A DNA stretch of 64,000 bases from Octopus vulgaris (taxonomy: Eukaryota): assembly GCA_951406725.2 (NCBI GenBank), contig OX597818.1:7874001-7938000 (forward strand), in the 5' to 3' direction. Shown piece after piece: positions 25,756-37,560 of the stretch. Below the pieces are notes generated by a model. It was given only the letters and a program-made list of their open reading frames with translations, ran no database searches and was not told the DNA's origin. The position numbers and the translations under genes are program-made. Positions within the stretch are counted from its first letter, which is position 1; each line of letters starts with the position of its first letter.

Positions 25756-27440
25756 AATAAATAATGCACACCTACACATATGCATACGTAGAAACTAAGA
25801 AGGGAGGAGGGAGCAAATTCAATATCAAAAAATGAACAGCTGTAAAAACTGCAGATAGAATGAAGGCCGCTCTGTGCAGAATTCACAGACGCTGTTGTTA
25901 AAAATATGGCGCCATCAATACTTCGATCCAGACTTTTATATTACCGGTGTTCTAATAACAACAATCTTCCTAATTTACGAAAACAATCAGTGTCCATATC
26001 CTTCCTCACCATAAAATCTTTCTCTGTCGCTTCGCTCTGCTAGACTGTGCCTTTGAATAATTTAATTACAGTCGTGTAGCTTCATAAACACCGATAGCAG
26101 AATTGGAGTTGTTATCAAATCATTAATTAGTTAACTGGTTAATTAATTAATTGATGTACTCGGTGAAATGCGTTGTTTATATCGATTATGTGTGTATTAG
26201 CAATACATCTGGCACGCTTATTTCTCTAAATGATGTCATATTGCATATGAATCATATACCCAATAATATTTTACAAACCTATTTCTTTTTAAATGCGTTC
26301 CACTCTGCTGCTATTATAAGAAATTTATGATTTGCATTCATGACAACTAATTGCCGACATGACTTACAGTGTTTTCATTTATTTTCATTCCTCGTCTGAT
26401 TGCTTTTAAACATTTATTCTGACTGATGTTATTGCAGTTGTTATTATTGATATTGCTTTCGTTGTTTACCTCCAGGAACAATCCCGATCGAGAGAAGTCT
26501 CATGATCCAAGGCATTCCAATTATTAATATTACATTATTCTATCCATGCGCAATGCATCTAGGAATACATTACCCAATGTAACTTTTATACAGCTTCTAA
26601 CGAAGTTAAAGAAGACAACAAACCCCCCACCATTTTGTGATAGTTTATCGAAAAATTTGAAGATTTTACTGTCATTTCTAGCAAGTCTGATGATCATTTT
26701 AGTTCAGCGTATTTTCTTTTTCTTTTTTTTTTCTTGCTGTAAGACAGAGCTGATACCTTATCAAATGGATTTAAGATTAATGACCTCTCTCTCTCTCTCT
26801 CCTTCCCTCCTCTTTAGACAGTAACAATGTAGTTTTGATTGTATTTGGCTGCTGTTTCTAGCAGGTACAACGATCGGGAGAGAGTTTTTATCTGTTGTGT
26901 AGCATTTTTCAGTGTTGTTGTTCTTCTAGCTATTGTTATCTATTCGTATCAGTCGTATTTGAAAACAGCAGCAGTGACAGCAGCAAGGGTACCAGTACTG
27001 GAATCGGAAGTAGCAGCTGCAGCTGCTGACGGGTCTCTGGCAGCAGCAGCAGCAGCAGCAGCAGCATGATTTCGGTAGCAGTACCATCACTAATATTTCT
27101 ATTGTTATTACAACTGAACAGGAGCAGCAGTAGTAGTAGTAGTAGTAGCTCCTACTGCTATAATGATTGTTATAGCTACAGCAACAACAATAGCGATAGA
27201 AGGAAAAGTGGCATCATCATCATCATCATCATCAGAAGTGGTATCAGCAGCAGCATCAAAGGCAGTAGTAGTAGTAGTAGCAATGACTGTACCATTAGAA
27301 GACACAGCATCTTATCAACAGTATCAGTAATATTAGAGTAGAGTAATAGCAGCAATAGCAGTTGCATGACGGCTGTTACTCTAGATATTTACAATTCATT
27401 GTAAGCTGTTTCGATGTGATAATCGCAATGGCAGTTAATG

Positions 27441-27473
<33 letters not shown>

Positions 27474-27557
27474 AACTACTACTACATCTACTACTGCTGC
27501 TGCTGCTGCTACTGCTGCTGCTGCTGCTGCTACTACTACTACTGCTGCTGCTGCTGT

Positions 27558-27637
<80 letters not shown>

Positions 27638-27638
<1 letters not shown>

Positions 27639-28257
27639 CAGGATGGCTGATAATGTTGTTTAGTCTCCAGGCTAGGTTTGATCGAGCAGACCGATGAATA
27701 CTAGCTTTTCAGTTGTGACCATCCAGAGATGTTATGGATGATGACAAAGAATATATCATCTTTTATGCTATTTCATCATTGAAGATGGTTGGGTACAAGC
27801 TGAAGGAGATTTCGTATGTTTCTTGTAGGTCTAATGACCACGTCTTCGGTCAGGGCTGTTAATGTTGTTGATGGCCGATTTAAAACAATAGTAGTAGAAG
27901 TAGTAGTAGTAGTAGTAGTAATAGTAGTACCACTAGTAGTAGTAGTAGTAGTAGTAGTAGTACTACTACTACTACCAGGATGGCTGATAATGTTGTTTAG
28001 TCTCCAGGCTAGGTTTGATCGAGCAGACCGATGAATATAGCTTTTCAGTTGTGACCATCCAGAGATGTTATGGATGATGACAAAGAATATATCATCTTTT
28101 ATGCTATTTCATCATTGAAGATGGTTGGGTACAAGCTGAAGGAGATTTCGTATGTTTCTTGTAGGTCTAATGACCACTTCTTCGGTCAGGGCTGTTAATG
28201 TTGTTGATGGCCGATTTAAAACAATAGTAGTAGAAGTAGTAGTAGTAGTAGTAGTAA

Positions 28258-28315
<58 letters not shown>
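27638..28315. repeat. two-copy tandem duplication, period 337 bp
   Basis: Unit starts CCAGGATGGCTGATAATG at 27638 and at 27975. The unique cores differ by one 1-bp indel and one substitution. Confidence 0.95.
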
Positions 28316-28364
28316 TGTTGTTGTTGTTGTTGTTAACCCACTACTAATTAAAAGTGAGTAAGGG

Positions 28365-28517
28365 CAGATGTGGCTGTGTGGTAAGAAGCTTGCTTCCCAA
28401 CCACATATTTCGGGTTCAGTCCCACTGTATGGCACCCGGGTAAGTGTCTTCTACTATAGTCTCGGCCCGACTAAAGCCTTGTGACTGGATTTTGGTACAC
28501 GGAAACTGAAAGAAGCC

Positions 28518-28584
<67 letters not shown>

Positions 28585-28822
28585 TATGTGTGTGTGTGTG
28601 TGTGCGTCCATATCTGTGTTTGTGCCTAACCACAGCTTGACGATCGGTGTTAGTGTTTTTGCGACGCCCGTAACATAGCTGTTCGGTAAAAGACAACTGA
28701 TAAAATAAGTACCAGGCTTAACAAAATAAAGGAAAAAATAACGAAGTCAATTCATTCGACTAAAACTTCCTGAAGCGGTGCCCCAGCATGACTGTAGTCA
28801 AATGCCACAAAAAAGATAAAAG
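28365..28822 (+). mobile_element. SINE family B full copy
   Basis: GTGGCTGTGTGGTAAGAAGCTTGCTTCCCAACCAC...GGGTTCAGTCCCACTG...GCGGTGCCCCAGCATG. Confidence 0.85.
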
Positions 28823-29788
28823 TCCTATGATAAAATATGTGTCGTGCTAAAGAATGGGACACTAGGTATTTGCTCCCAGACTCACGAGTTTAGGGCTGTG
28901 ATATCTTCTCATTCATTTATTTTGAGGGTTTCTTTTTCAGACGATAGTGTTATTTGAGGGAGAATAGTTGAAATTTCTAGCAGGTCGGTGACATTCTTTT
29001 CCTTATTGCTGTTGCTGCTTGAAATGTATTGTTGTTATTCTCCCATGTAGCAGTGCCGCTGCTTCTGCTGGTATTGGGTTGTGGTGTTTCTTGGTTTTGT
29101 TGATGGTAGAGGTGATGGTGTTGCTGGAAGTAGCAGTTTTGGTGATGACGGTGGCAGTGATGGAAGAGTTTAGAGGTTAGAGGTCAGAGGTGGTAGAGAT
29201 GGCGGCAGCAGTTGCGACGTTTGTTATAGTGATGTTTGAGGATTGGCGTTGGTGATGGCTGGTGGTGGTGTACTTATAGCTGTGATATTGTTTATGCGTC
29301 TCACAATGACCACGGTTGTGAGAAATGGATAGCACTGGTTGAAACCCATATCAACCTGATCAGCAAACTACGATCAAAGAGTCTCCAGTCATGACCCACC
29401 AGCCTTATTTTCAATATTCAGGCGAGTGTCTGTAGTTTCTACATGTTGCTTAGAACAAAAATCAAACACTTTCCAGCCTGACCCATCCACACTTTATAGT
29501 TATATAATTCAATGTGTTCTTTCTTTTTTAAAGGAACCAATGTGTAATTTGACGGAACATCGGCTGTTATTTCAGGAAACCCAAGTGACCTCATAGAAGC
29601 TCCTTCTTAGGCTTGTGGTTAGTTTCGCAAGCATCATATGAGATATTATATAGTTGTAGACTGCTTCAGCGGCAACAACAGCATCAGTAGCGGGAAAAGA
29701 AGTGGCAGCAGCAGCAGCAGTAGTGGCGGCATCGGCAGCGCTGATAATGATAGTGGGGATGATGGTGGTATGGTTGAGGCGGTGGTGC

Positions 29789-29789
<1 letters not shown>

Positions 29790-29844
<55 letters not shown>

Positions 29845-30362
29845 ATGGTGGTGGTGGTGGTGGTAGTATTAATAGTAGTAGTAGTAGTAGTAGTAGTGAT
29901 GGTGGTGGTGGTGGTGGTAGTATTAATAGTAGTAGTAGTAGTAGTAGTAGTGATGGTGGTGGTGGTGGTGGTAGTATTAATAGTAGTAGTAGTAGTAGTA
30001 GTAGTGATGGTGGTGGTGGTGGTGGTGGTGGTAGTAGTAGTACTACTACTACTACTAGTAGTAGAAGTATAACATGTTTTGTTGACGTTAGCAACATGCT
30101 GCTGTTGTTCTTGGTAGCGGTGTTGGAATAGGTGGTGGTGGTGGTGTTGGAATAGGTGGTGGTGGTAGTATTAATAGTAGTAGTAGTAGTAGTAGTAGTG
30201 ATGGTGGTGGTGGTGGTGGTGGTAGTAGTAGTACTACTACTACTACTAGTAGTAGAAGTATAACATGTTTTGTTGACGTTAGCAACATGCTGCTGTTGTT
30301 CTTGGTAGCGGTGTTGGAATAGGTGGTGGTGGTGGTGGTGTTGGAATAGGTGGTGGTGGTAG
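29790..30362. repeat. hierarchical (GTA)n/(GTG)n minisatellite with a 191-bp tandem duplication
   Basis: Repeated (GTA)n-GATG-(GTG)n-GTATTAATA modules. GAAGTATAACATGTTTTGTTGACG occurs at 30064 and 30255. Confidence 0.9.
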
Positions 30363-30689
30363 TCGTCGTCGTCGTAGAGGAGGTGGGGAAGAGGAGGAGG
30401 TGATGCTACTGTTGTTGCCAACATTAGTCCAATGCAAGAATGGCTGAGTGATTAAGAAGTTCTGTTTGAAATGACGCGGTCCCGAGTTCCCGCTAACTAT
30501 TATCCAAGGATCGTTAACAGCTTCGTTTTAACAGCTTGAAACTAAAGTTGGCTAGAGGAAAACTGAGTAAAACCCGTCAAATTGATTGAAACTGAAATGT
30601 AAAAAAAAAAAACCAACCGTGCCAAACCAGCCCTGGGTTGTGTTCAGCGTGCCAATGTCTGTAGAATATTCAGTCACATGTTTAATAAA

Positions 30690-30906
30690 TTGATTCCAAA
30701 TTTTGGCACAGGGTCAGCGATTTTGGGAGAGGTGGCCAGTCGATTACATCGAGCCCCAGTACTCAACTGGTACTTATTTCATCGACCCCGAAATGCACGT
30801 AAGGCAAAGTCGATCTCGGCAGAATTTGAACTCAGAACATGCAGACGGGTGGGATGCCGCTAAGCAATTTGCCCGGAGTGATAACGATTCTGCCAGCTCG
30901 CTGCCT
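30690..30906 (-). mobile_element. SINE family A full copy
   Basis: Reverse complement of family A (GAATTTGAACTCAGAAC...ATTCTGCCAGCTCGCTGCC). Confidence 0.85.
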
Positions 30907-30934
30907 TACTTAAATGTTAATATATTGCGTTGGT

Positions 30935-31115
30935 AAGCACGCAGGACGAAATGTTTAGAGGCATTTAGTCCATATTCACTTTCTGAGTTCAAATTCCGCT
31001 GAGGTCTTTTCCTCTTTCTAGGGCCGATAAAAAAAATATCAGTGGAGTAAGAGGGTCGATATAATCGACTTTCCCATCTCCCGAAAATGCTGGCCTTGAA
31101 CCAAAATTTAAAATC
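30935..31115 (+). mobile_element. SINE family A copy
   Basis: TTCTGAGTTCAAATTCCGCTGAGGTC...GTCGATATAATCGACT...GCTGGCCTTG. Confidence 0.8.
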
Positions 31116-32949
31116 AATATATTGAGTTGGCAGTTTAGTTCAAAGAAAAACAGAAAACGCTCACCGTAACAACCGGCGAAGAACCATTTGTTTTAGTTAT
31201 TTTATTTATTCATTTCTCATTTATTTATTTAGATTTTGTTCGGTCACGTGTAGTAACGAATATTAAGACACATCTTCAACTATAATATACATTTTGATTC
31301 ATTTTCTGATCGCTTTAAAAATAGGCGACCTATTTGGATGGGGTGCCTTCAGTAATAGCAGGGTGCCCTGGGACTAAATAACAACAAGGAGATCCATAAC
31401 ATGCAAGTTCTATGGCTTCTACATTAGTTTCACCACAATTACTAACACATTTTATAACGCCATCACTCCAATCACCGCTAAACCAGCAAATCTACTGTTA
31501 CAACCACCCCGGGTATTGACATATCAGCTCTCACTACAAATACCACTGCCTTCACCATAACCATCACCATCACCACCACCATCATCATCATCATCATCAA
31601 CATCATCAACATCATCAACATCATCACCACCAACATATTATCGAACAATAACATCATGGCTGTATCATTCCTCGCGATCACCCCCTCCGTCACCACAGAA
31701 ACCGTCACCACCAACAAAGCTAGCATCCCTACAACCAGCATCAACACCGCATTACGCTGTCCCTACCGCTGCGCAGGTCATGTGACATCAATCGTCACCA
31801 ACATCACCAAAGTCACCAAATACTAGATCAACGTCACACTCTCCCCCTCTACCTCCACCGTTATCCTTACCAGTAACACCTTTCACCCCACCACTATCTT
31901 CCCTATAAGGAAGATTATCCCCTCATCAGCCGTCACCATGGTCACCACCACAACCATTATCCCTGACTTGAACGCCCCCTTCGCCAATCAGCCTCCCCTA
32001 CCACAACTGTTCCCATTAACCGTCACCGACTTCACCACTATGATAACGAATACCATTCATCGTGTCTTATCAGAAAGGTCAGCTCTGGATAGACCTCGGT
32101 GCAGGAGTGCAAGGGATGCGGGAGTGCAGGAGCGCAGAAGTGCAAGTGTAGCTAGTCTTCAATACATATGACTCATTGTTTGGAATACCGTCTAAGGAAA
32201 CCTAGGAAATACGTTTCATATGTGTATCTGTTCAGATTTATATCAGCAGTCAAACAAAAGCACTAATAGATACACACGTGTACACATACATAAATACACA
32301 CAAAATAAAATGCCCACATGCACATAAACACATACAAGTATACGCACATACACACACACATGCTCCAGTTTTTTACGCATATGCAATATATATTCTCAAA
32401 AGGTTAGGTATGTGCAAAGTAAAATTAGATCCATGTCACGTGTTTGATAGCTTGTGTGTACGAGTGTGTGTGTGTGTGAGTGTGCGTGCGTGTCTGTTTG
32501 CGTGCTTGTGTTCGCTTTTGGGTGCATGCGCGCGCATACGCATGTATTTTTATACGTTACCTTTCTTCTTCCATTTCTTTGATTTCTTCCTATAACGATG
32601 AATTAAGTTAAAAGGTAATGCACTGAATGTCACGTGACATTCAGTTGGTGGAAATCGACTCTCAGTTGGAGAAATTAAACAAAAGCTGGTGGTAAATGAA
32701 GGATTATAATACCATGAAAGTAATTTACGTACTTATAGGGCAATTTTTTTTTTTCAAGTAGGCAAAATGAAAACATGTTTCGTTAGTCGGGGATCTCTTT
32801 CGCGAATTATATAAATTTGAACCAAGTTATTTAGGTGACAAATATTTTTAAATATGGAAACCTTTTTTACAAAGGTTTCTTAAAAACAGTATTTTGCAGT
32901 AATTAGCAGTAATTCCCCTGCGTGCTTTCATTTTTACAGCATTCTCATT

Positions 32950-33560
32950 GCTCGTAATTATAAAGAAGACGATTATGGTTTAAAATCTCTTGTTTTAGAC
33001 CATTATTATTTGGTGAATCCTCTATTTCTTTGAATATTACGCTATCATCTGTTGAGGGGTATACTTTGAATTGGCTGTGCTCTTTGTATTGATCTTGTTC
33101 ATAACATCCTAACTCAGGGGCGGTTTTGTTTCCTTTTGAGGCTATTCTCTGATATATGTACATACAAACTTTTTCTGCTGGGAATTCATAAGACTGGCCT
33201 AACTTTATGTGTTAGTAAACCTCAACACGGCTGTGCTGCAATTAATTGTAAATCAGCCATAGAAAATGTAGTAAACTGATTCATCATCATATCCACATAG
33301 TCCGCAAATGCCTCGATCTGCCTTATTCTGTTTTGATGAATTTATTGGGATGAATTTATTCGGTTTTCAATCAATAATTTTGTATTTTCGAGTTTGAATC
33401 TTGCACTTCTCTGCGAGCATTCCAAATGTTTATAGTTTTATTCCGATATATTCCAAACTTCTACTTATTGCCCACACAGAGGCTTCTCTTTCCTCCTTTT
33501 CTTTATGACATTGTATAGCCCCCATCTTTGTTTACATTTTAGACATTATATTTACTAGTC
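32950..33560 (-). mobile_element. decayed Penelope-like reverse transcriptase remnant
   Basis: YQRIASKGNKTAPELGCYEQ...YPSTDDSVIF resembles the PLE motifs YxQxxGxAMGxKxAP...YIDD. KDGG (ADKG-like) lies further upstream. Confidence 0.4.
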
Positions 33561-33989
33561 TGGGTCGTTGGTCTGCTGTTTTGTATGAGGTGACATCCGA
33601 GAAACGATTTGTATCCATTTGTATTAGTTTTCCATTATTCATGACATATTGTTGCATTTCTACTGTGAATAATTTATAAACATTAATGTTGCATGTGGTA
33701 AGTGTAATCTTTCGATGACTGATTTTGGGTGGTGCATTCTAAATGTCGCCGTATATTTGTTTTTCTCTTCCTTTGTTTCTGTGAAATTCTAAATATTAGG
33801 ATGTTATCTTAGGTTGCGTCAACTAGATAGTTATTTTATTTATTTACACTTTTTGCATTTAGCTCTATTTTAAATATTGATATAATGCGTCTATAATTCT
33901 ACTTCCTGACTTTTACTTCTGTTTGTATGTCTCTATTTGTTATAAATCTTTAACTAAGTTACTTTTTATAAATATTAATATTCTTAATG

Positions 33990-34092
33990 TTGGTTTCAAA
34001 ATTTGGCACAAGGCCAGCAGCTTCGAGGGAAAGGGACGTAAGTCGATTACATCGATCCCAGTGCTCAACTGGTACTATTTTATCGACCAGGA
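33990..34092 (-). mobile_element. SINE family A 3' fragment
   Basis: TTTCAAAATTTGGCACAAGGCCAGC...GTCGATTACATCGA...CTCAACTGGTACT. Confidence 0.75.
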
Positions 34093-35129
34093 TAAATTTG
34101 AATCCACCTTCATTACAAACTATTTTACTTTTAAGGAACTCAAAGCGGATAATTTGGTCATCATTTAGCAAATGAGTACGCTAATTTAAAAATAGTTTCT
34201 GCATCAAAATTTTTCTCATCTTTATGAGGTGAGACGTTAATGTTTGTTAGACCATAATTAGCAGCGGGGAAACTGAACAAAATGTTACTTTGGTCATAAT
34301 GTACGAGTTGAATATCTGAGACACAGTAGATCATTCACTACATATTCCGCAGTTTTTTCATATTCTAAATACTTTTATCTTCTGTGATTCATGTAATCTA
34401 GAAGTTCAGCAGAAATATGTAATTTTGATAAAGGAAATCAGTAATGTATATACGCAAATAAATTTTGAAGATGTTTACCAAAATGTGTAGCTCTAGCTTC
34501 AATCAATCGTTACTCCAAATATCTCTAAAAGAAATTCAATGTCTGACAGGTATGTTTAAAATTTCCACAGACAACCCTGACGACAGAAAGTCAGTAAACT
34601 TTGAATCACCTTCTTTATGATGAAGTAATAAACTGGGATATAATTATTTCCCCTGTGAGTGATGCGCAGTATAGATTCTGAAAATAGAATCTGTGGTGAC
34701 TTTACGTTGTCTCAGTCTTCCATGCCATGATATAGATGTATTGAGCTTGGGACTATCTTTATATTTTGCAGATAAGCAGGGAGTTTTGTTGATTGATTGC
34801 GTCACAGTGTCTGTTGTATATAATATAGATTGAATACAGGGATTAGTTTAGCAGTATAGTCAGTCTTAATTGCAGAAATCCTATAAATTCCTTATTTTTT
34901 TCTCTATTACAGCTTCTGGTTTTTGATCACGCAACTTTTCTCTTATTTCGAGGTCACACACTCGGCTAACATTCCAATGCATTCTTATACATACATATTC
35001 AGGCGTGCGCTTATACTCTTTTTGTGCTAACTTACCGCATTCACTCAAATATTAATACATACGTCAGTTTTCCTACACATTCTCCATTTGCTCTGAGTTT
35101 TGTCTCTATTGCTTTTATTAAATTTATCC

Positions 35130-35134
35130 CATTA

Positions 35135-35217
<83 letters not shown>

Positions 35218-35244
35218 TTTATTATTTTTATTATTATTATTATA

Positions 35245-35279
<35 letters not shown>

Positions 35280-35335
35280 CATTATTATTATTATTATCAT
35301 TATTATTATTATTATCATCATCATCATCATCATCC

Positions 35336-35402
<67 letters not shown>

Positions 35403-35432
35403 CATTATTATTATTATCATTATTATTATTAT
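35130..35432. repeat. (ATT)n/(ATC)n array, probable tail or target of the adjacent R4 element
   Basis: Direct reading. Confidence 0.9.
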
Positions 35433-37560
35433 CATCTCACCCAGAGACCTCAAGAGACAAGTTAGAAGTTCAAGTTGATGTTACACCTAGGGGGCCATAT
35501 ATTTGGTTTTGCACAAAGTATTGTTCTAGAGAATGTTTAAGAAAACAAAATTATGAGATTACATAGACAGTATTTTACGTGGGATACGGGCAGTTCCCAT
35601 TATCACTATCTTTTGAATTTCTGCTATCTTGAGGTTTCCTGGTATCAGAGATAGGTAGCAATCAATCAATTTTGCTATCATTCCTAGGGCACCTACGACA
35701 ACAGGTATTGTTTTTGTCTTCAGGTTCCACATTTTGCCAATTTCTATTTATAGAATCCAGGCTATCAACAAGTTTTGTGTCGCTTTTGATAATCCTTGAA
35801 GATAACCTTATTGATGAGTAGCTGATCATTACAACCATAGGACCCACGTTTACATCCTTTTTTTTTCATTAGGGAATATGCCACTTTCTATTAAAAAACT
35901 ATAGGTATATTCAGTCATGGAATCATACTCCAATGTTTTAAAGTTTTATTACAAGTCCATGACTCTCTGGGAAGGCATTCAACCACAAGTTAGGAATTTT
36001 ATCCTTTCCTGGAGACATCCATTTGTTTGACTTCCTGAGAGCAGATCTTACATCCTCTTCCTTGCTCTTTTAAGTAGTTTTAAGTAGTCTATGTCTGTAG
36101 ATATTCTATCAATTCAAGGAGACTTTTCATTGTTTGTGTGTTCTGCCTAGATTTTGTTCTAAATATCCTGCTCTTCTTTTACTGGGACAATCTTTACTGT
36201 AACTGGTATTTTCCCTATCTTCCTGTACACATTGTTCGGGTTATATTAGGTTGTCCCAAAAGTTCGTAAACACTTGCGAAAATTGAATTTTTACTCGCCA
36301 AGTACTAACAAAAACAACAAAAATTATTCCTCAAAATAAAGACCATTATTTTCCAAGACTTTCTACGAACTTTTGGGACAACCTTATATTTGAGGACAGC
36401 TTTAGCACATATCTTTTGCTTGATGGTTTCTATGGTGGTATCGATGTCAAGTATGGCTTTCATATTATGTGTTTTCTTAAATGTTAGTATTTTTGTTGGC
36501 TTGATAGTCTTGTCACACTCGAGGTTTTTGAATATTCTATATTTTTGAATATTCTAATTCAGTAGCTGAATTTGGTGTTGAATACGCTGTTGCCAAGTAG
36601 GCTTTTTGTGGGAGTGTTGTTGTTTTTTAATCTTCTCACCGCATATAATCGTTGAGATTTTCGCTGATGTATAGTACAGGTGACTGAGATCTGTAATACC
36701 AACATCTTTAGCTGAAATTGTATTCTAATGTGCAAGGCGGATTTTAACAATTACTTTCAGATTTTGGTTAGAAATGCAAATTTTTGGGAGAGTCTCGCCT
36801 TCATTCATATTGGCTTCTTCAATTTTCAGCTATTCAAACATGATTTGATTTTTTTAGATCATGTAATAGTGTTGGGTCAATTGCTGTGTGACTTTGTTCA
36901 TCTATTTGATTTACATCTGCTTTGATGTTTATGGTTGGTTCAGAGAGTATTTCATTTTGCTTATAAGTAACATTAACTTTTTCTATCATTGCTGCGTTTT
37001 CATCAGACCTGGACTGGTTCATAATTATTTCCTCTGTAGAAACTTTAGCTGCAACTTCGTTACTTTTATCCCTTACTGATTGTTTAATGTCTAATTCAGT
37101 TAGTAATTTAGTTTTCATAATGTTTCTTCTGACGTTGGCAAGTATGTTACTGTCTATGTAGGTTCTTATTTCAAGGCGTTTCTGTCTCCAGTTTATGTAG
37201 GTTTGTACAGTATTAGATCTATTTGTGGAGAAATATATCGCATGGCAGAAGGCCTTAAGACCTTCTTTATTATCTCCCCTAGATAATTTTTTATTGTTTT
37301 CTTTCGGTAATTTGATGCCGAGCATGGATGGCCATCTGTTGGAATATTATGATTCCTGTGTTTCGGGAAGATTTGTACCAGTAGCTGATTTTGCGTACCC
37401 GATCTGATTCATCATTCGAGTACGCAGTCCTTGGTGATCCGGCTGACGACGGATATTGTTTGCATATTGCTGTGTTATCATTGAGGGGTGACGAGCTAGA
37501 ACGTTGACATTAGGGGACGAAACTGTCTGTTTAGAGTTAACTTTTTGAGACAGCACCTCC
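35433..37560 (-). mobile_element. R4/Dong-clade LINE, internally deleted and degenerate
   Basis: N-terminal region (ORF 36834-37325), EEDVRSALRKSNKWMSPGKDKIPNLWLNAF, QLLINKVI...AWI, then directly EIGKMWNLKTKTIPVVVGALG...IQKIVIMGTARI. The 3' end abuts (AAT)n. Confidence 0.8.
36246..36386. mobile_element. 141-bp mariner-type MITE nested in the R4 element
   Basis: TIR TTAGGTTGTCCCAAAAGTTCGTA / TACGAACTTTTGGGACAACCTTA (1 mismatch). TA on both flanks. Confidence 0.9.

Noticed and set aside
27638-30362. Repeat-spacer-like appearance suggesting CRISPR
   Set aside because: Units are duplicated in full, with no constant repeat separated by unique spacers, no cas genes, and a eukaryotic context.
32205-32240. 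Minus-strand CTGAACA...GAAACGTA hammerhead-like motif
   Set aside because: Core G8 missing, stem I absent and stem II all A/T; likely chance.
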